From NCBI GenBank assembly GCA_027623675.1, contig JAQBVF010000001.1:32001-96000 (forward strand): a stretch of 64,000 bases of DNA, read 5' to 3'. This DNA is from Chloroflexota bacterium. GTDB lineage: Bacteria; Chloroflexota; Dehalococcoidia; Lucifugimonadales; UBA3495. Position numbers and translations under genes: made by a program. The notes under the pieces are model-generated. The model did not search any database. It was given only the letters and a program-made list of their open reading frames with translations, and was not told where the DNA came from. Shown here one piece after another: positions 8,821-18,460 of this stretch; position 1 is the stretch's first letter, and every line of letters starts with the position of its first letter.

Positions 8821-9693
8821 ATGCAACGAGCGGAATACAAAACGGCCAGCGTCTGGGGGCTGAACATCCGGTACGTCGAAGCCGGAGACGGACCCGTGGT
8901 GGTGCTGCTCCACGGCCTGGCCGCTTCGCTGTTGACCTGGTACTGCAATATCGACGCACTCGCCGATGCCGGGTACCGGGTGATCGCCCCGGACCTGCCC
9001 GGCTACGGCGATTCGGACAAGCCAAACCATCTGGAGTACGACCCCTCGTCGGCGGCCGAATTCATCTTCGACCTGAGCCAGGAGCTGGGTCTTGAACGGT
9101 TCTCTCTGGTCGGAAGCTCGGCCGGGGGAGTCATCGCCGGCTTGTTCGCCATGGAACATCCAGAGATGGTGGACAAGCTGGCGTTGGTTGGTTCGGGAGG
9201 GTTCGGGCGCAACGTGGCCTGGTTCCTTCGGCTCATCTCGGTGCCGGTGGTCGGCGGCCTGGTTTATCAACCCTGGCTGAACAACAAGTTGGGGGTAACC
9301 AAGCACATGTTCCACCGGCCTCCCGCCATCTTGGAAAAGCTGCTTCCGGAGATGGAACGGACCAAAACCCTGCCTGGTGCGCGGCTGGCCATGCTGCGGT
9401 CCATCCGCTCCAGCATCAACGTGTGGGGACTGCGGAAAGAAGGTTATATACTTGACGGGCTAAAAAACTCCACCGTGCCCTTGATGACGGTTTGGGGAGC
9501 AGCCGACAAGATCATTCCCGTATCTCATGCCGAAGCGGCGCGCCGGGGGCTGCCCGAAAGCAGCGTGCGAATCATCCCCGAGTGCGGTCACTGGCCCCAG
9601 ATGGAGCGACCCGACCTGTTCAATCCCATGTTGACCGATTTCCTGGAAGGCCGTGAAGTCCGTCCGGTCAAGACGGACCAGCAGCCATTTTGA
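8821..9693 (+). CDS. Alpha/beta hydrolase
   Basis: LLHG, APDLPGYG.SD, GSSAGG nucleophile elbow, GHWPQ. Confidence 0.9.
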   Translation: MQRAEYKTASVWGLNIRYVEAGDGPVVVLLHGLAASLLTWYCNIDALADAGYRVIAPDLPGYGDSDKPNHLEYDPSSAAEFIFDLSQELGLERFSLVGSSAGGVIAGLFAMEHPEMVDKLALVGSGGFGRNVAWFLRLISVPVVGGLVYQPWLNNKLGVTKHMFHRPPAILEKLLPEMERTKTLPGARLAMLRSIRSSINVWGLRKEGYILDGLKNSTVPLMTVWGAADKIIPVSHAEAARRGLPESSVRIIPECGHWPQMERPDLFNPMLTDFLEGREVRPVKTDQQPF

Positions 9694-10280
9694 TACGGTA
9701 CGGCAGCCTGGCGGCACACTATGTCGCCCGGATAGATTGGCGCAAGCCCGAGAACCTGCTGCGGCTGGCCATCTTCGTCGCCGTCATCGCCGCCATCACC
9801 GCCGCCCTGCTACTGCGCGACAGCTTCGGGGCAAACCATGTCGGCTACGCCGCGGTTGCCCTGAGCGCGTTGGTGGCCAGCGCCGGTCTATTTATCCCCG
9901 TGCCAGCTTTGGCCACCGCCTGCGCCACGGCCATCTTCCTCAGTCCATTCCTCGTGGGACTCATCGCCGGGACCGCCGAAACCGTCGGGGAACTCAGCGG
10001 TTACTACCTGGGATACTCCGGGCGCGACGTTCTGTCCCGGAGCCGCGTGTACCAGCGAGTCGAACACTGGATGCGCCGCCGGGGCTGGCTGCTGCTGTTC
10101 CTAGTCTCCATCGTGCCCAATCCCATCTTCGACATCGTTGGCATCGCCGCCGGGGCGTTGCGCTACCCCATCTGGGGGTTCTTGGCGGCGGTCTGGGCCG
10201 GCAAGCTGATCAAATTCCTCGTCTTCGCCTACGCCTGCGCCGCCGGGGCTGAATGGCTTACCAAACTGTTCGGGCTTTAG
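9690..10280 (+). CDS. DedA/VTT (SNARE-associated) family membrane protein
   Basis: Hydrophobic; GE..GY..G..G, PNP.FD..G..AG, GK..K motifs. Confidence 0.8.
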   Translation: MIRYGSLAAHYVARIDWRKPENLLRLAIFVAVIAAITAALLLRDSFGANHVGYAAVALSALVASAGLFIPVPALATACATAIFLSPFLVGLIAGTAETVGELSGYYLGYSGRDVLSRSRVYQRVEHWMRRRGWLLLFLVSIVPNPIFDIVGIAAGALRYPIWGFLAAVWAGKLIKFLVFAYACAAGAEWLTKLFGL

Positions 10281-10496
10281 CTTCAATGTTCTGTTAGGGC
10301 GTTTCCAGGCACGAAAAGTGGCAGGTTTCGGCGCGGGAGTGTATTCTTACTCAGCCCAGCCCAAATCTTCGGACCCAGAAGATCGGGCTAGGCTTTGTCC
10401 GCTTGGCCCAAAGCGTCCCAGACGAACTTTTTTCTATGGGAATCCGAGGGAATCCGAAGTGCGGACAGATATTCCCCAGACGAATGGAGGAACGCC

Positions 10497-11039
10497 TTGA
10501 TTCGCCCCCTTGATGGCAAAAGCCCCCGGATCCACCCTACCGCCTTCGTCAGTGAAGCCGCCTATATCGTCGGCGACGTTGTGATCGGCGAGAACACCAG
10601 CATCTGGCCCGGCGCGGTGATCAGAGCCGACTACGGCGACATCATCATCGGCAAGAACTGCTCCATACAGGACAACGCCGTTCTGCACACCGATGACCAT
10701 CTGGAATTGGGCGACAACGTTTTAATGACCCACGGCGCGGTGGTCCACGGCGGCAAGGTCGGCAGCAACGTACTGATCGGAGTGAACGCCGTCTTATTGG
10801 AAGACACCGACGTGGGCGACCATGTGTTCATCGGCGCGGGGGCCATCGTCCGGGGCAAGGTGCCAAAGTACTCCCTGGTGATCGGCGTGCCCGGCCAGAT
10901 CCGGCCCCTCTCTGAGAAACAGGCCCAGCGTCTCAAAGACCCCACTGCCCGCTATGTCAAGAACGGCAAGCGGTTCAACGAGCAGGGACTGGGCCAGGAC
11001 ACCTCGGCGTTCCATCCCGACTCGCCGGCGGGAAGCTAG
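10497..11039 (+). CDS. Gamma-carbonic anhydrase-like hexapeptide repeat protein
   Basis: PRIHPTAFV..A.IVGDV.IG..SIWPGAVIRAD...IQDN..LH...HG...HG; start placed at TTG after GGAGG. Confidence 0.88.
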   Translation: MIRPLDGKSPRIHPTAFVSEAAYIVGDVVIGENTSIWPGAVIRADYGDIIIGKNCSIQDNAVLHTDDHLELGDNVLMTHGAVVHGGKVGSNVLIGVNAVLLEDTDVGDHVFIGAGAIVRGKVPKYSLVIGVPGQIRPLSEKQAQRLKDPTARYVKNGKRFNEQGLGQDTSAFHPDSPAGS

Positions 11040-11042
11040 ACC

Positions 11043-12281
11043 ATGACCACCGGAAAGGACTCTCCGGCCCTGCCGTTGGCGGGGATCAGGGTGATGGATG
11101 TCACGCATATCGTGGCTGGGCCGTTCTGCTCGATGATCCTGGCGGACATGGGCGCCGAGGTGATCAAGATAGAGCGTCCTGGCGTCGGCGAGCGAGGGCG
11201 CAGCAACGGCCCCTTCATTGACGGGGAGAACGGCCAGCGGGTCAGTTCCCGGTACCTGGGCATCAACCGCAATAAGAAGAGCGTGACTCTGGACCTGCGC
11301 GACCAACGGTGCAAGGCCGCCTTCGAGCGCATGGTGAAGGAGTCGGACATCCTGCTCGACAACTGGGGACCGGGCGCTCTCCGGCGGCTCGGTCTGGGCT
11401 ACGACGTGCTGAAAGAGTTGAACCCCAGACTGATCTACACCAGCCTCACCGGCTACGGCGACCCCGAAGGACCGGCGCCGGGACCGTACTCGGAATGGCC
11501 GGCCAACAACCCTTGCGTACAGGGCATGGGCGGCTGGATGACCGTGACGGGCGCGCAGGGCGGCGCGCCCCAGATGGTCGGAGACAACATCGGCGACTCG
11601 GTGCCGGGGGTTTGGACGGCCCTGGGAATCATGATGGCTCTGGAGGCCCGCCACAAAACGGGCGAGGGGGCCTTCGTGGACATGGCCATGTACGACTGCA
11701 TGGTGGCCCACACCACCAGCACAATGCCCTACTATCAGGCCACCGGCAAGGTGGCGGACCTGAACCGGGGCAACATGATTAGCGCCCAACTAGCGCTTAG
11801 GGCCAAAGACGGCTACGTGGTGCTGGCCGGCGCCGGCGGCCCAGATAAATGGAAGGACCTTTGGCGGCTCATGGGCCGGGACGACCTGATCGAAGACGAA
11901 CGCTTCCTGGGAGTGGGGGTCAGCGGCGACTTCTACATGAACAGTTTCGTTCCGGAACTGGAACGCTGGACCCTGGAACGGACCAAGGCCGAGGTGACCC
12001 AGCAGCTCATCGGCATCGGCTACTCCATGGGCATGGTGCAAAACCAGGCCGACCTGGACCAGTGCCCCCACCTGGAAGCCCGGGGGATGTTCATCAACGG
12101 CGGCAACGACATGGGCGGCATCTTCAGGACGGTCAACACGCCCATCAAGTTTGCCGGCGGGGCCCAAACGCCCAACGTGCAACCCCCACTGCTTGGGGCC
12201 AACAACGAAGATATCCTCTGCTCCATCGGCGGCATCAGCCCCGAAGAATTGAAGCAGATGCAGTCAGACGGGGTCATTTAA
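11043..12281 (+). CDS. CoA-transferase family III (CaiB/BaiF)
   Basis: PL.GIRV.D.TH..AGP.C.M.LADMGAEVIKIERPG; NRNKKS..LDL. Confidence 0.92.
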   Translation: MTTGKDSPALPLAGIRVMDVTHIVAGPFCSMILADMGAEVIKIERPGVGERGRSNGPFIDGENGQRVSSRYLGINRNKKSVTLDLRDQRCKAAFERMVKESDILLDNWGPGALRRLGLGYDVLKELNPRLIYTSLTGYGDPEGPAPGPYSEWPANNPCVQGMGGWMTVTGAQGGAPQMVGDNIGDSVPGVWTALGIMMALEARHKTGEGAFVDMAMYDCMVAHTTSTMPYYQATGKVADLNRGNMISAQLALRAKDGYVVLAGAGGPDKWKDLWRLMGRDDLIEDERFLGVGVSGDFYMNSFVPELERWTLERTKAEVTQQLIGIGYSMGMVQNQADLDQCPHLEARGMFINGGNDMGGIFRTVNTPIKFAGGAQTPNVQPPLLGANNEDILCSIGGISPEELKQMQSDGVI

Positions 12282-12308
12282 CTTGCCTGATCTTACTCTG
12301 AGAGCGGT

Positions 12309-13235
12309 ATGAAGATCGCGGTGATGGGCGCCGGCGGGATCGGGGGTTGTTGCGGCAGCCTGTTGGCCCGTGCGGGTTTTGACGTGTCCTTGATCGCCCG
12401 AGGCAGTCATCTGGCGGCCATCAAAGAGCAGGGGCTGCAGTTGGTCCAACCGGATGGCGAGTTCACGGCAGACATCGCGGCCACTGATGACCCGTCTCAG
12501 GTAGGGCCGGTAGACCTGGTATTGTTCGCAGTGAAAGGGCAACAGAACTCAGTCGCCATTCCCCTCATCAAGCCGATGGTCGGGGACAACACCACGGTCC
12601 TCACCATACAGAACGGCGTGGAAAGCGCCGAGCAGATCGGAAAGGAATACGGAGCCGACCGGGTGCTGCCGGGCTCCGCCTATCTATTGAGCAACATCAT
12701 CTCACCCGGCGTGATCAGGCAGATATCTCCCGTTCCGCGAGTCGCCTTCGGCGAGTCCAACGGCGATCGGAGTGAACGGGCCGTGGCGATTCAAGAGGCC
12801 TTCGCCAAAGCAGGCATCGAGGCTGAAATCTCCGGCGACATCAATAAAGCCCTCTGGTCAAAGCTTCTATACAACTCACCCGCGAACGGAATGGCCAGCG
12901 CGGCCCGGCTGAGCCCCAGGGACCTGGTCGAATTTCCGGAAGGCGCCGCAATGGTCAAGGCGGCGGTCCAAGAGGTGGCCAGCGTGGGAACCGCCTACGG
13001 GATCCCCTTTAGCGAGGAAGACGTCCAGGGGGCGTTGGACCTGATAGCCGCCCGGCCAATGGGGGCGCGTGGCTCGATGCAGGCCGACCTGGAAGCGGGG
13101 CGGCCTCTGGAATTGGAAGCGATCGTGGGCGCGGTGGGACGGATCGGCCGCCGCGTGAACGTGGCTACTCCCATATTCGACATGCTGTACGCCCTTTTGC
13201 TACCCCATGTCGACGGCGCCCCGGAGAACCACTAA
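12309..13235 (+). CDS. panE: Ketopantoate reductase family protein (paralog 1)
   Basis: GAGGIG, LFAVK, QNG, W.K, SM..D...GRP.E. Confidence 0.85.
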   Translation: MKIAVMGAGGIGGCCGSLLARAGFDVSLIARGSHLAAIKEQGLQLVQPDGEFTADIAATDDPSQVGPVDLVLFAVKGQQNSVAIPLIKPMVGDNTTVLTIQNGVESAEQIGKEYGADRVLPGSAYLLSNIISPGVIRQISPVPRVAFGESNGDRSERAVAIQEAFAKAGIEAEISGDINKALWSKLLYNSPANGMASAARLSPRDLVEFPEGAAMVKAAVQEVASVGTAYGIPFSEEDVQGALDLIAARPMGARGSMQADLEAGRPLELEAIVGAVGRIGRRVNVATPIFDMLYALLLPHVDGAPENH

Positions 13236-13254
13236 ACAGATGCGGAAGCTTAGA

Positions 13255-13290
13255 GCCGTTTGTAGAACTGTCGCCGTTAGTAGAACTGTC
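13255..13290 (+). repeat. 18-bp tandem duplication between the panE paralogs
   Basis: gccgtttgtagaactgtc / gccgttagtagaactgtc. Confidence 0.8.
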
Positions 13291-13313
13291 AATGAAGGCG
13301 GACTGGGGAACCT

Positions 13314-14234
13314 ATGCGAATAGCAGTTGTGGGCGCCGGCGGCGTCGGAGGGTGCATCGGCGGTCTGCTGACCAAGGCGGGCAACGACGTCTGGCTCATC
13401 GCCCGGGGCGAACACCTGAAGGCCATGCAGACCAATGGCCTGCGGCTGGTCCGGCCCGGGGGTGAATTCACGGTGCCGGTTAACGCCACCGGCGACCCGG
13501 CTGAGATTGGCCTGGTAGACCTGGTGCTGTTCACCGTAAAGACCATGCAGAACCGCCAGATAATCACCTCGCTCAGGCCGCTGGTTGGCCCCAAAACCTC
13601 GGTCCTAACGCTGCAGAACGGCGTGGAGAGCCACGAACAACTGGGCGCTGTTCTAGGCTCCCAATGCGTTCTCCCCGGAGCGTATTGGGCCTCGTCCTAC
13701 ATCAAATCTCCGGGCGTGATCGTCGAATCCATCGAAGCCCGGATCTCCTTCGGCGAGCTCGACGATGCCGAAAGCCTTCGCGCATTGGACATCCGCAAGG
13801 TCCTCAGGGACGCGGGCATCGAAACGGAATTGTCGCCCGACCCGATGGAAGTGCTCTGGCGAAAGTTCATCGTTCTTAGCTCCGCCGCCGGCATGACCAG
13901 CGCCGCGCAAACCAGGATGAGTGAGTTGCTGAAATTTCCCGACGCCCGGAAGATGTTCTGTGACGCCATGGCCGAGGCGCTGATCGTTGGTCTGACCCGA
14001 GGAATCAACCTTCCGGATAACCTGGTCCAGGAGTCATTGGCCTACATGGACGGCCTGCCCGATTTCCAGAACTCGATGCACAGCGACTACGAGAACGGAC
14101 GGCCCACAGAGTTGGACGCCCTATCCGGGGCGGTGGTCAGGCTTGGCAAACAGGTGGGCGTGCCAACCCCGGTGCACCGCTTCCTGTATTCCATACTGCT
14201 GCCCCACAAAGACGGTATACCGGACCCGGATTAG
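13314..14234 (+). CDS. panE: Ketopantoate reductase family protein (paralog 2)
   Basis: GAGGVG, LFTVK, QNG, WRK, SM..D...GRPTE. Confidence 0.85.
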   Translation: MRIAVVGAGGVGGCIGGLLTKAGNDVWLIARGEHLKAMQTNGLRLVRPGGEFTVPVNATGDPAEIGLVDLVLFTVKTMQNRQIITSLRPLVGPKTSVLTLQNGVESHEQLGAVLGSQCVLPGAYWASSYIKSPGVIVESIEARISFGELDDAESLRALDIRKVLRDAGIETELSPDPMEVLWRKFIVLSSAAGMTSAAQTRMSELLKFPDARKMFCDAMAEALIVGLTRGINLPDNLVQESLAYMDGLPDFQNSMHSDYENGRPTELDALSGAVVRLGKQVGVPTPVHRFLYSILLPHKDGIPDPD

Positions 14235-14323
14235 TCTCCCCGGAGGCCCTGGCCGATTCCATACGGGACGATATCAGCCTATAATAGGCCCGTGCACAGT
14301 CGATTTCGGAGTGACCAATAACC

Positions 14324-15592
14324 TTGTTTCAAGCGCCCCGGGGAACCGCAGACCACCTGCCTGAAGAACAGAAATACTGGCGGTATATCGAGTCCAAGGC
14401 CATGGAAGTCGCCGCCCGGTTCGGCTTTGGCCGTATCGACACACCGGCGTTCGAAGACTCGAACCTTTTCATCCGCTCGGTGGGCGAAGGGACGGACATC
14501 GTCGAGAAAGAGATGTACACCTTCGAAGACCGTGGCGGAGACAGCGTTACCCTGCGCCCCGAGGGCACCGCGCCGGTTTGCCGGGCCTATCTGGAACACG
14601 GGATGCACAACCTGCCCCAGCCCGTGCGGATGTATTACTTCTGCCCTGTTTTCAGGTACGAGCGCCCCCAGGCGGGACGCTTCCGCCAGCACCACCAGTT
14701 CGGGGTTGAAGTGCTGGGCGACGCCGACCCTTCGGTGGACGCCGAGGTCATCGAAGTCGCCTGGGACCTGATGACCAGCCTGGGCCTGAAAAACATCAAC
14801 CTGCTGATCAACAGCGTCGGCGACCCCCAGTGCCGCCCGGCCTACGTCGAGAAACTGCGGGACTATTACTCTGGTCACCGAGCTATCTTGTGTCCGGATT
14901 GCACAACGAGGTTGGAGCGCAACCCCCTGCGGCTGCTGGACTGCAAGGTGGAGACCTGCCACGCCCTGGGCAACGACGCGCCCCGGTCGGCCGACAATCT
15001 CTGCGAGGAGTGCAACAACCACTGGGACAAGCTGCGGCAGTATCTGGATTCCATGGAGTTGCCTTACCAGATCGACCACCGCATGGTCCGCGGCCTGGAT
15101 TACTACACCCGCACCGTCTTCGAGGTGCAGCCGGTGGACGGCGGCGGTCAGTCGACCATCTGCGGCGGGGGACGCTACGACGGACTGATCACCGAGCTTG
15201 GCGGGAGGGAAACGCCGGGCATCGGCTTCGCCACCGGCATCGAGCGGCTGACGCTGAACCTGAAAAGCGGCGAGGTGCCGGTTCCCGACGAGCCGTCGCC
15301 GCGCTACCTGGTGGCCAACGTGGGCGACAATGCCCGGATCGCCGCCCTGGAACTCTCCGTGCGCCTCCGCCGGGCCGGTGTCGGCGCCATCCTGAGCAGC
15401 GGCGCCCGGGGCCTGCGTGGACAGATGCGTCAGGCCAACGCCCTAAACATCCCCTACGCCCTGATTCTAGGTGACGATGAGATTGAGAAGGGCGAGGTAG
15501 TTGTCAGGGACATGGAATCGTCGGTCCAAGAGAGCAAACCGTTGGAGAAATTCATCGAGGAAGCGTCCAAGTCCCACGCCAAAGGCGATTGA
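14324..15592 (+). CDS. hisS: Histidyl-tRNA synthetase
   Basis: PRGT.D, LRPEGTA, FRYERPQAGR.RQ, RGLDYY, GGGRYD. Confidence 0.98.
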   Translation: MFQAPRGTADHLPEEQKYWRYIESKAMEVAARFGFGRIDTPAFEDSNLFIRSVGEGTDIVEKEMYTFEDRGGDSVTLRPEGTAPVCRAYLEHGMHNLPQPVRMYYFCPVFRYERPQAGRFRQHHQFGVEVLGDADPSVDAEVIEVAWDLMTSLGLKNINLLINSVGDPQCRPAYVEKLRDYYSGHRAILCPDCTTRLERNPLRLLDCKVETCHALGNDAPRSADNLCEECNNHWDKLRQYLDSMELPYQIDHRMVRGLDYYTRTVFEVQPVDGGGQSTICGGGRYDGLITELGGRETPGIGFATGIERLTLNLKSGEVPVPDEPSPRYLVANVGDNARIAALELSVRLRRAGVGAILSSGARGLRGQMRQANALNIPYALILGDDEIEKGEVVVRDMESSVQESKPLEKFIEEASKSHAKGD

Positions 15593-15663
15593 TCTAATCG
15601 GTTAAATTAGAATAGGTAGAAGGCAAGGACGGTTGGTGAGGTGCGGATGTTGGGAGGAAGGGC

Positions 15664-16404
15664 ATGAGGCGGTTGGGCGTATTCTTGGTTCCCATCATGC
15701 TGTTGGCTGTGGCCTGCAGTGAGTTAATGACGCCCGGCACGCCCCTGCCTCCCAACCTGGAAGCCACGGTTCGCGCATTGGTTGCCGAGGCCCAAGGCGC
15801 CAACCAGCCGGCCCAAGAGCAACCCGACAACCAAGCCACCATCGCGGCACAGGTCCAGGCGACCGTCCGGGCCCTTCTGGAAGCCACACCCATTCCATCC
15901 CCAACGCCGACCCAAGCCGCCGTGCCCACACCAACGCCGACCCGGACCAGTTCCGGCGGTATCCCGGCCGGCCCCACGCCCCCCTTGGCGGGGAGTGTTT
16001 CGACTTTCCCAACGGCAACGCCCACGGCCATTCCAACGATCGGGCCTACAATGCAAACCGGATGCTCGGTGGCGCCCGACGGCGTGATCGTCTCAGCATG
16101 GGTGAACGGCGTTCTGGCGGCTTCCACCACGGTCAAGTCAGGGGAATACCACCTGCGCGTGGAACAACCTCCGGAATCGTCTTTCAGCGGCCAGACCATC
16201 AATTTCACAGTGGGGAATGCCGAAGCCGCTCAGACCCTCGCGTGGGTGCAGGGCGATGCCACCAAGTTGGACCTGACTGCACCGGAATCTGGAACTAGTG
16301 CTGCGCCAAAAATCGCTGGTCAACCCTCACTCAAAGGCGGACCGCTAGCCCAACCGGTCCCGCCTCACATCGTTCTCGGCGCAGTATCCATCGGCAATTG
16401 CTGA
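15664..16404 (+). CDS. Lipoprotein with Pro/Thr-rich stalk and C-terminal beta domain
   Basis: Lipobox LAVAC, two ATVRAL repeats, PT repeats. Confidence 0.75.
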   Translation: MRRLGVFLVPIMLLAVACSELMTPGTPLPPNLEATVRALVAEAQGANQPAQEQPDNQATIAAQVQATVRALLEATPIPSPTPTQAAVPTPTPTRTSSGGIPAGPTPPLAGSVSTFPTATPTAIPTIGPTMQTGCSVAPDGVIVSAWVNGVLAASTTVKSGEYHLRVEQPPESSFSGQTINFTVGNAEAAQTLAWVQGDATKLDLTAPESGTSAAPKIAGQPSLKGGPLAQPVPPHIVLGAVSIGNC

Positions 16405-16570
16405 CGGGTCGCTAGCCGGGCGTCCTCCCGCGATCTTTCGCCGGGTAGGGCGAAGCCTCCCATATCCCTTCCTCGGAAAGTTAACCCTCCCCACACTTCC
16501 GGATATCCTTCGGCCTGTCTCGGGAACTGCGCCGATGACATTTCCTCGTTGACCCTCGGGACAAAACATT

Positions 16571-16584
16571 AGAACATATGTCCT
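16571..16584. promoter_or_regulatory. Possible LexA (SOS) box
   Basis: AGAACATATGTCCT, one mismatch from AGAAC-N4-GTTCT, just downstream of TTGACC. Confidence 0.4.
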
Positions 16585-16671
16585 GCATTGGTTCTATTGG
16601 TTCCCAACGGCGTCCCGCAGCGGCCCATCCGGGTCTGGACGGCGGTTGGAGACATGAGGAGGGCGGCAACC

Positions 16672-16869
16672 ATGAATATCTATTACCGGGGTTACGTCAT
16701 CAACGAAGAGATTCCGTCCATCAGCTATTCGGTGCACGGGCGCCGTCCGGAGCGGTCCGAACTGACCGCCAGAAGCACCGCGCGCCAAGCCATGGAGTGG
16801 ATCGACGGCGATGTCAAACGGGAAGCTATCTTGGGGGCCGCCAAGGCCTTGCAGCCGCTCGCATCCTGA
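16672..16869 (+). CDS. Small hypothetical protein (65 aa)
   Basis: RBS GAGGAGG before ATG; MNIYYRGYVINEE...AMEWID. Confidence 0.6.
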   Translation: MNIYYRGYVINEEIPSISYSVHGRRPERSELTARSTARQAMEWIDGDVKREAILGAAKALQPLAS

Positions 16870-17038
16870 AACGCCAAGATTCCACGACCAACAAGACCCT
16901 AACGGGCCATGTAAAAGAACATACCGGGTTGCCACGGGGCCTCTTTGACGGGAGAATGGGCGGATGGCCAACCGCTGACGGCTGAAAGCTGATCGCTGAC
17001 AGACCCCGGCGGGCGGCCGACGATGAAAGGGGGCTCAT

Positions 17039-17782
17039 TTGATGGCAACCCAAGCAAACGACGATGGACCCGCCATTGGCGGGTCCATCTCTTATTCCAA
17101 GGTCCTAGACCTCAGTTGGCCGGTCAACGCGGCGATGCCTTTGTGGCCGGGGGACCCCAACATCGAGTTCGATACCGTCGCTGATCTCGAATCTTCCGGC
17201 TACTTCCTGCGCCGGTTCTCCATGGGGGAGCATGCAGGCACGCATCTCAGCGCACCGGCCGGTTTCTTTGCCGGCGCTCCGGGACACGAGAGCTTCTCGC
17301 CCCAGGACCTGGTGCGGCCGGCCATAGTCATCGACGTCACGGCCAAGGCACAAGACGACCGGGACTACGCCCTTTCCATGAACGATGTCCTGGACTGGGA
17401 GTCGGACCACGGCCCGGTGCCCCACGGCGGTGTGGCATTGCTCCGCACCGGATGGGAAACCAAGTGGACCAGTCCCCAGGAATATCTGGGCGGGACCGTG
17501 GCCAAAGGTCTGCATTTCCCAGGATTTGGGCTGGACGCGGCCCGGCTTCTACTGGAAGGCCGGGGCGCGGCCGGCTTCGGCGTCGACACCGCCGGCGTCG
17601 AACCAGGCAACGAAACCGGATTCCCAGTAACCCGCTTCGCGCTGAAACAACGCCGCATCGTGCTGGAGAACCTGGCCGGCCTTGGCCGTATGCCGGCCAA
17701 CGGAGCGCTGCTGGTGATCGGCCTTCTCCGGCTGGACGGCGGCAGCGGCGGCCCGGCGGCGGTCACGGCGCTGGTTCCGTAA
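17039..17782 (+). CDS. Cyclase/kynurenine formamidase family metal-dependent hydrolase
   Basis: DLS.P....P.WPGDP, EHAGTH..AP, LLRTGW, GVDT, LENL. Confidence 0.88.
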   Translation: MMATQANDDGPAIGGSISYSKVLDLSWPVNAAMPLWPGDPNIEFDTVADLESSGYFLRRFSMGEHAGTHLSAPAGFFAGAPGHESFSPQDLVRPAIVIDVTAKAQDDRDYALSMNDVLDWESDHGPVPHGGVALLRTGWETKWTSPQEYLGGTVAKGLHFPGFGLDAARLLLEGRGAAGFGVDTAGVEPGNETGFPVTRFALKQRRIVLENLAGLGRMPANGALLVIGLLRLDGGSGGPAAVTALVP

Positions 17783-17823
17783 ACCTCCAGCACCTGGCCA
17801 CGACGATAGCCGATGGACGGCGC

Positions 17824-18219
17824 CTAGATACTGGCGATGCCGGCCTTGGCGCAGTCTTCGTCTTCCTGGCTGGTGCCGCCACCGACGCCCACCGCTCCGT
17901 CAACGACTCCGTTCCTGATGACCGGCGCGCCGCCCTGGCTGGGGATGCCGTGGCCGCCCTCCGCGCCAAGGATGCCTTTGATTATGGGCGATTCAGCCCG
18001 CTCCTGAAGCTCGCCGCTGGGCCGCCCGAACGCAGCCGAAGCCACCGCCTTGCCCTGGGAACCGTAGGCCCCGCCCCAGATCGCTCCGTCCATGCGGTTG
18101 AAGGCGAGCAATCGTCCGCCGGCGTCGCACACCGCGACGTTGATCTTGATGTTCAGTTCCTCGGCCTTGGCGATGGCGCCGGCCACCATCCGGTTGGCTT
18201 CCTCAAGGGTTATAGCCAT
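17824..18219 (-). CDS. GlcG/HbpS family heme-binding protein
   Basis: ITLEEA...A.A.AKA....VAV.D.GG.L.AF.RMDGA...KA...GG.P...G...GAVGVGGG...ED. Confidence 0.88.
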   Translation of the reverse strand: MAITLEEANRMVAGAIAKAEELNIKINVAVCDAGGRLLAFNRMDGAIWGGAYGSQGKAVASAAFGRPSGELQERAESPIIKGILGAEGGHGIPSQGGAPVIRNGVVDGAVGVGGGTSQEDEDCAKAGIASI

Positions 18220-18460
18220 GATGCCCTCCAAATAAACTCTGCGATGTCGGTGCACTTTTGCGCGGGCGGACCGCCAAGGAGCGGCCGGTTGGTCCCGACC
18301 GAGGCGGACGGCCGCGAAAAAGTAGGGCCATTCTAGCTCAGGCGGCCAGCCACGCCAATGGGGATGATCGCTTTGCCCGAAATAGTCGGCGCCCAGGCAC
18401 GGTGTTATACTGCCATGACACGCTAAACCCTTACGGAACCGTTGGAGACTCACACCCCAT

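Noticed and set aside
16402..16572. Selenocysteine read-through after the lipoprotein's terminal Cys-TGA
   Set aside because: The downstream frame does not look protein-like and has no redox motif context
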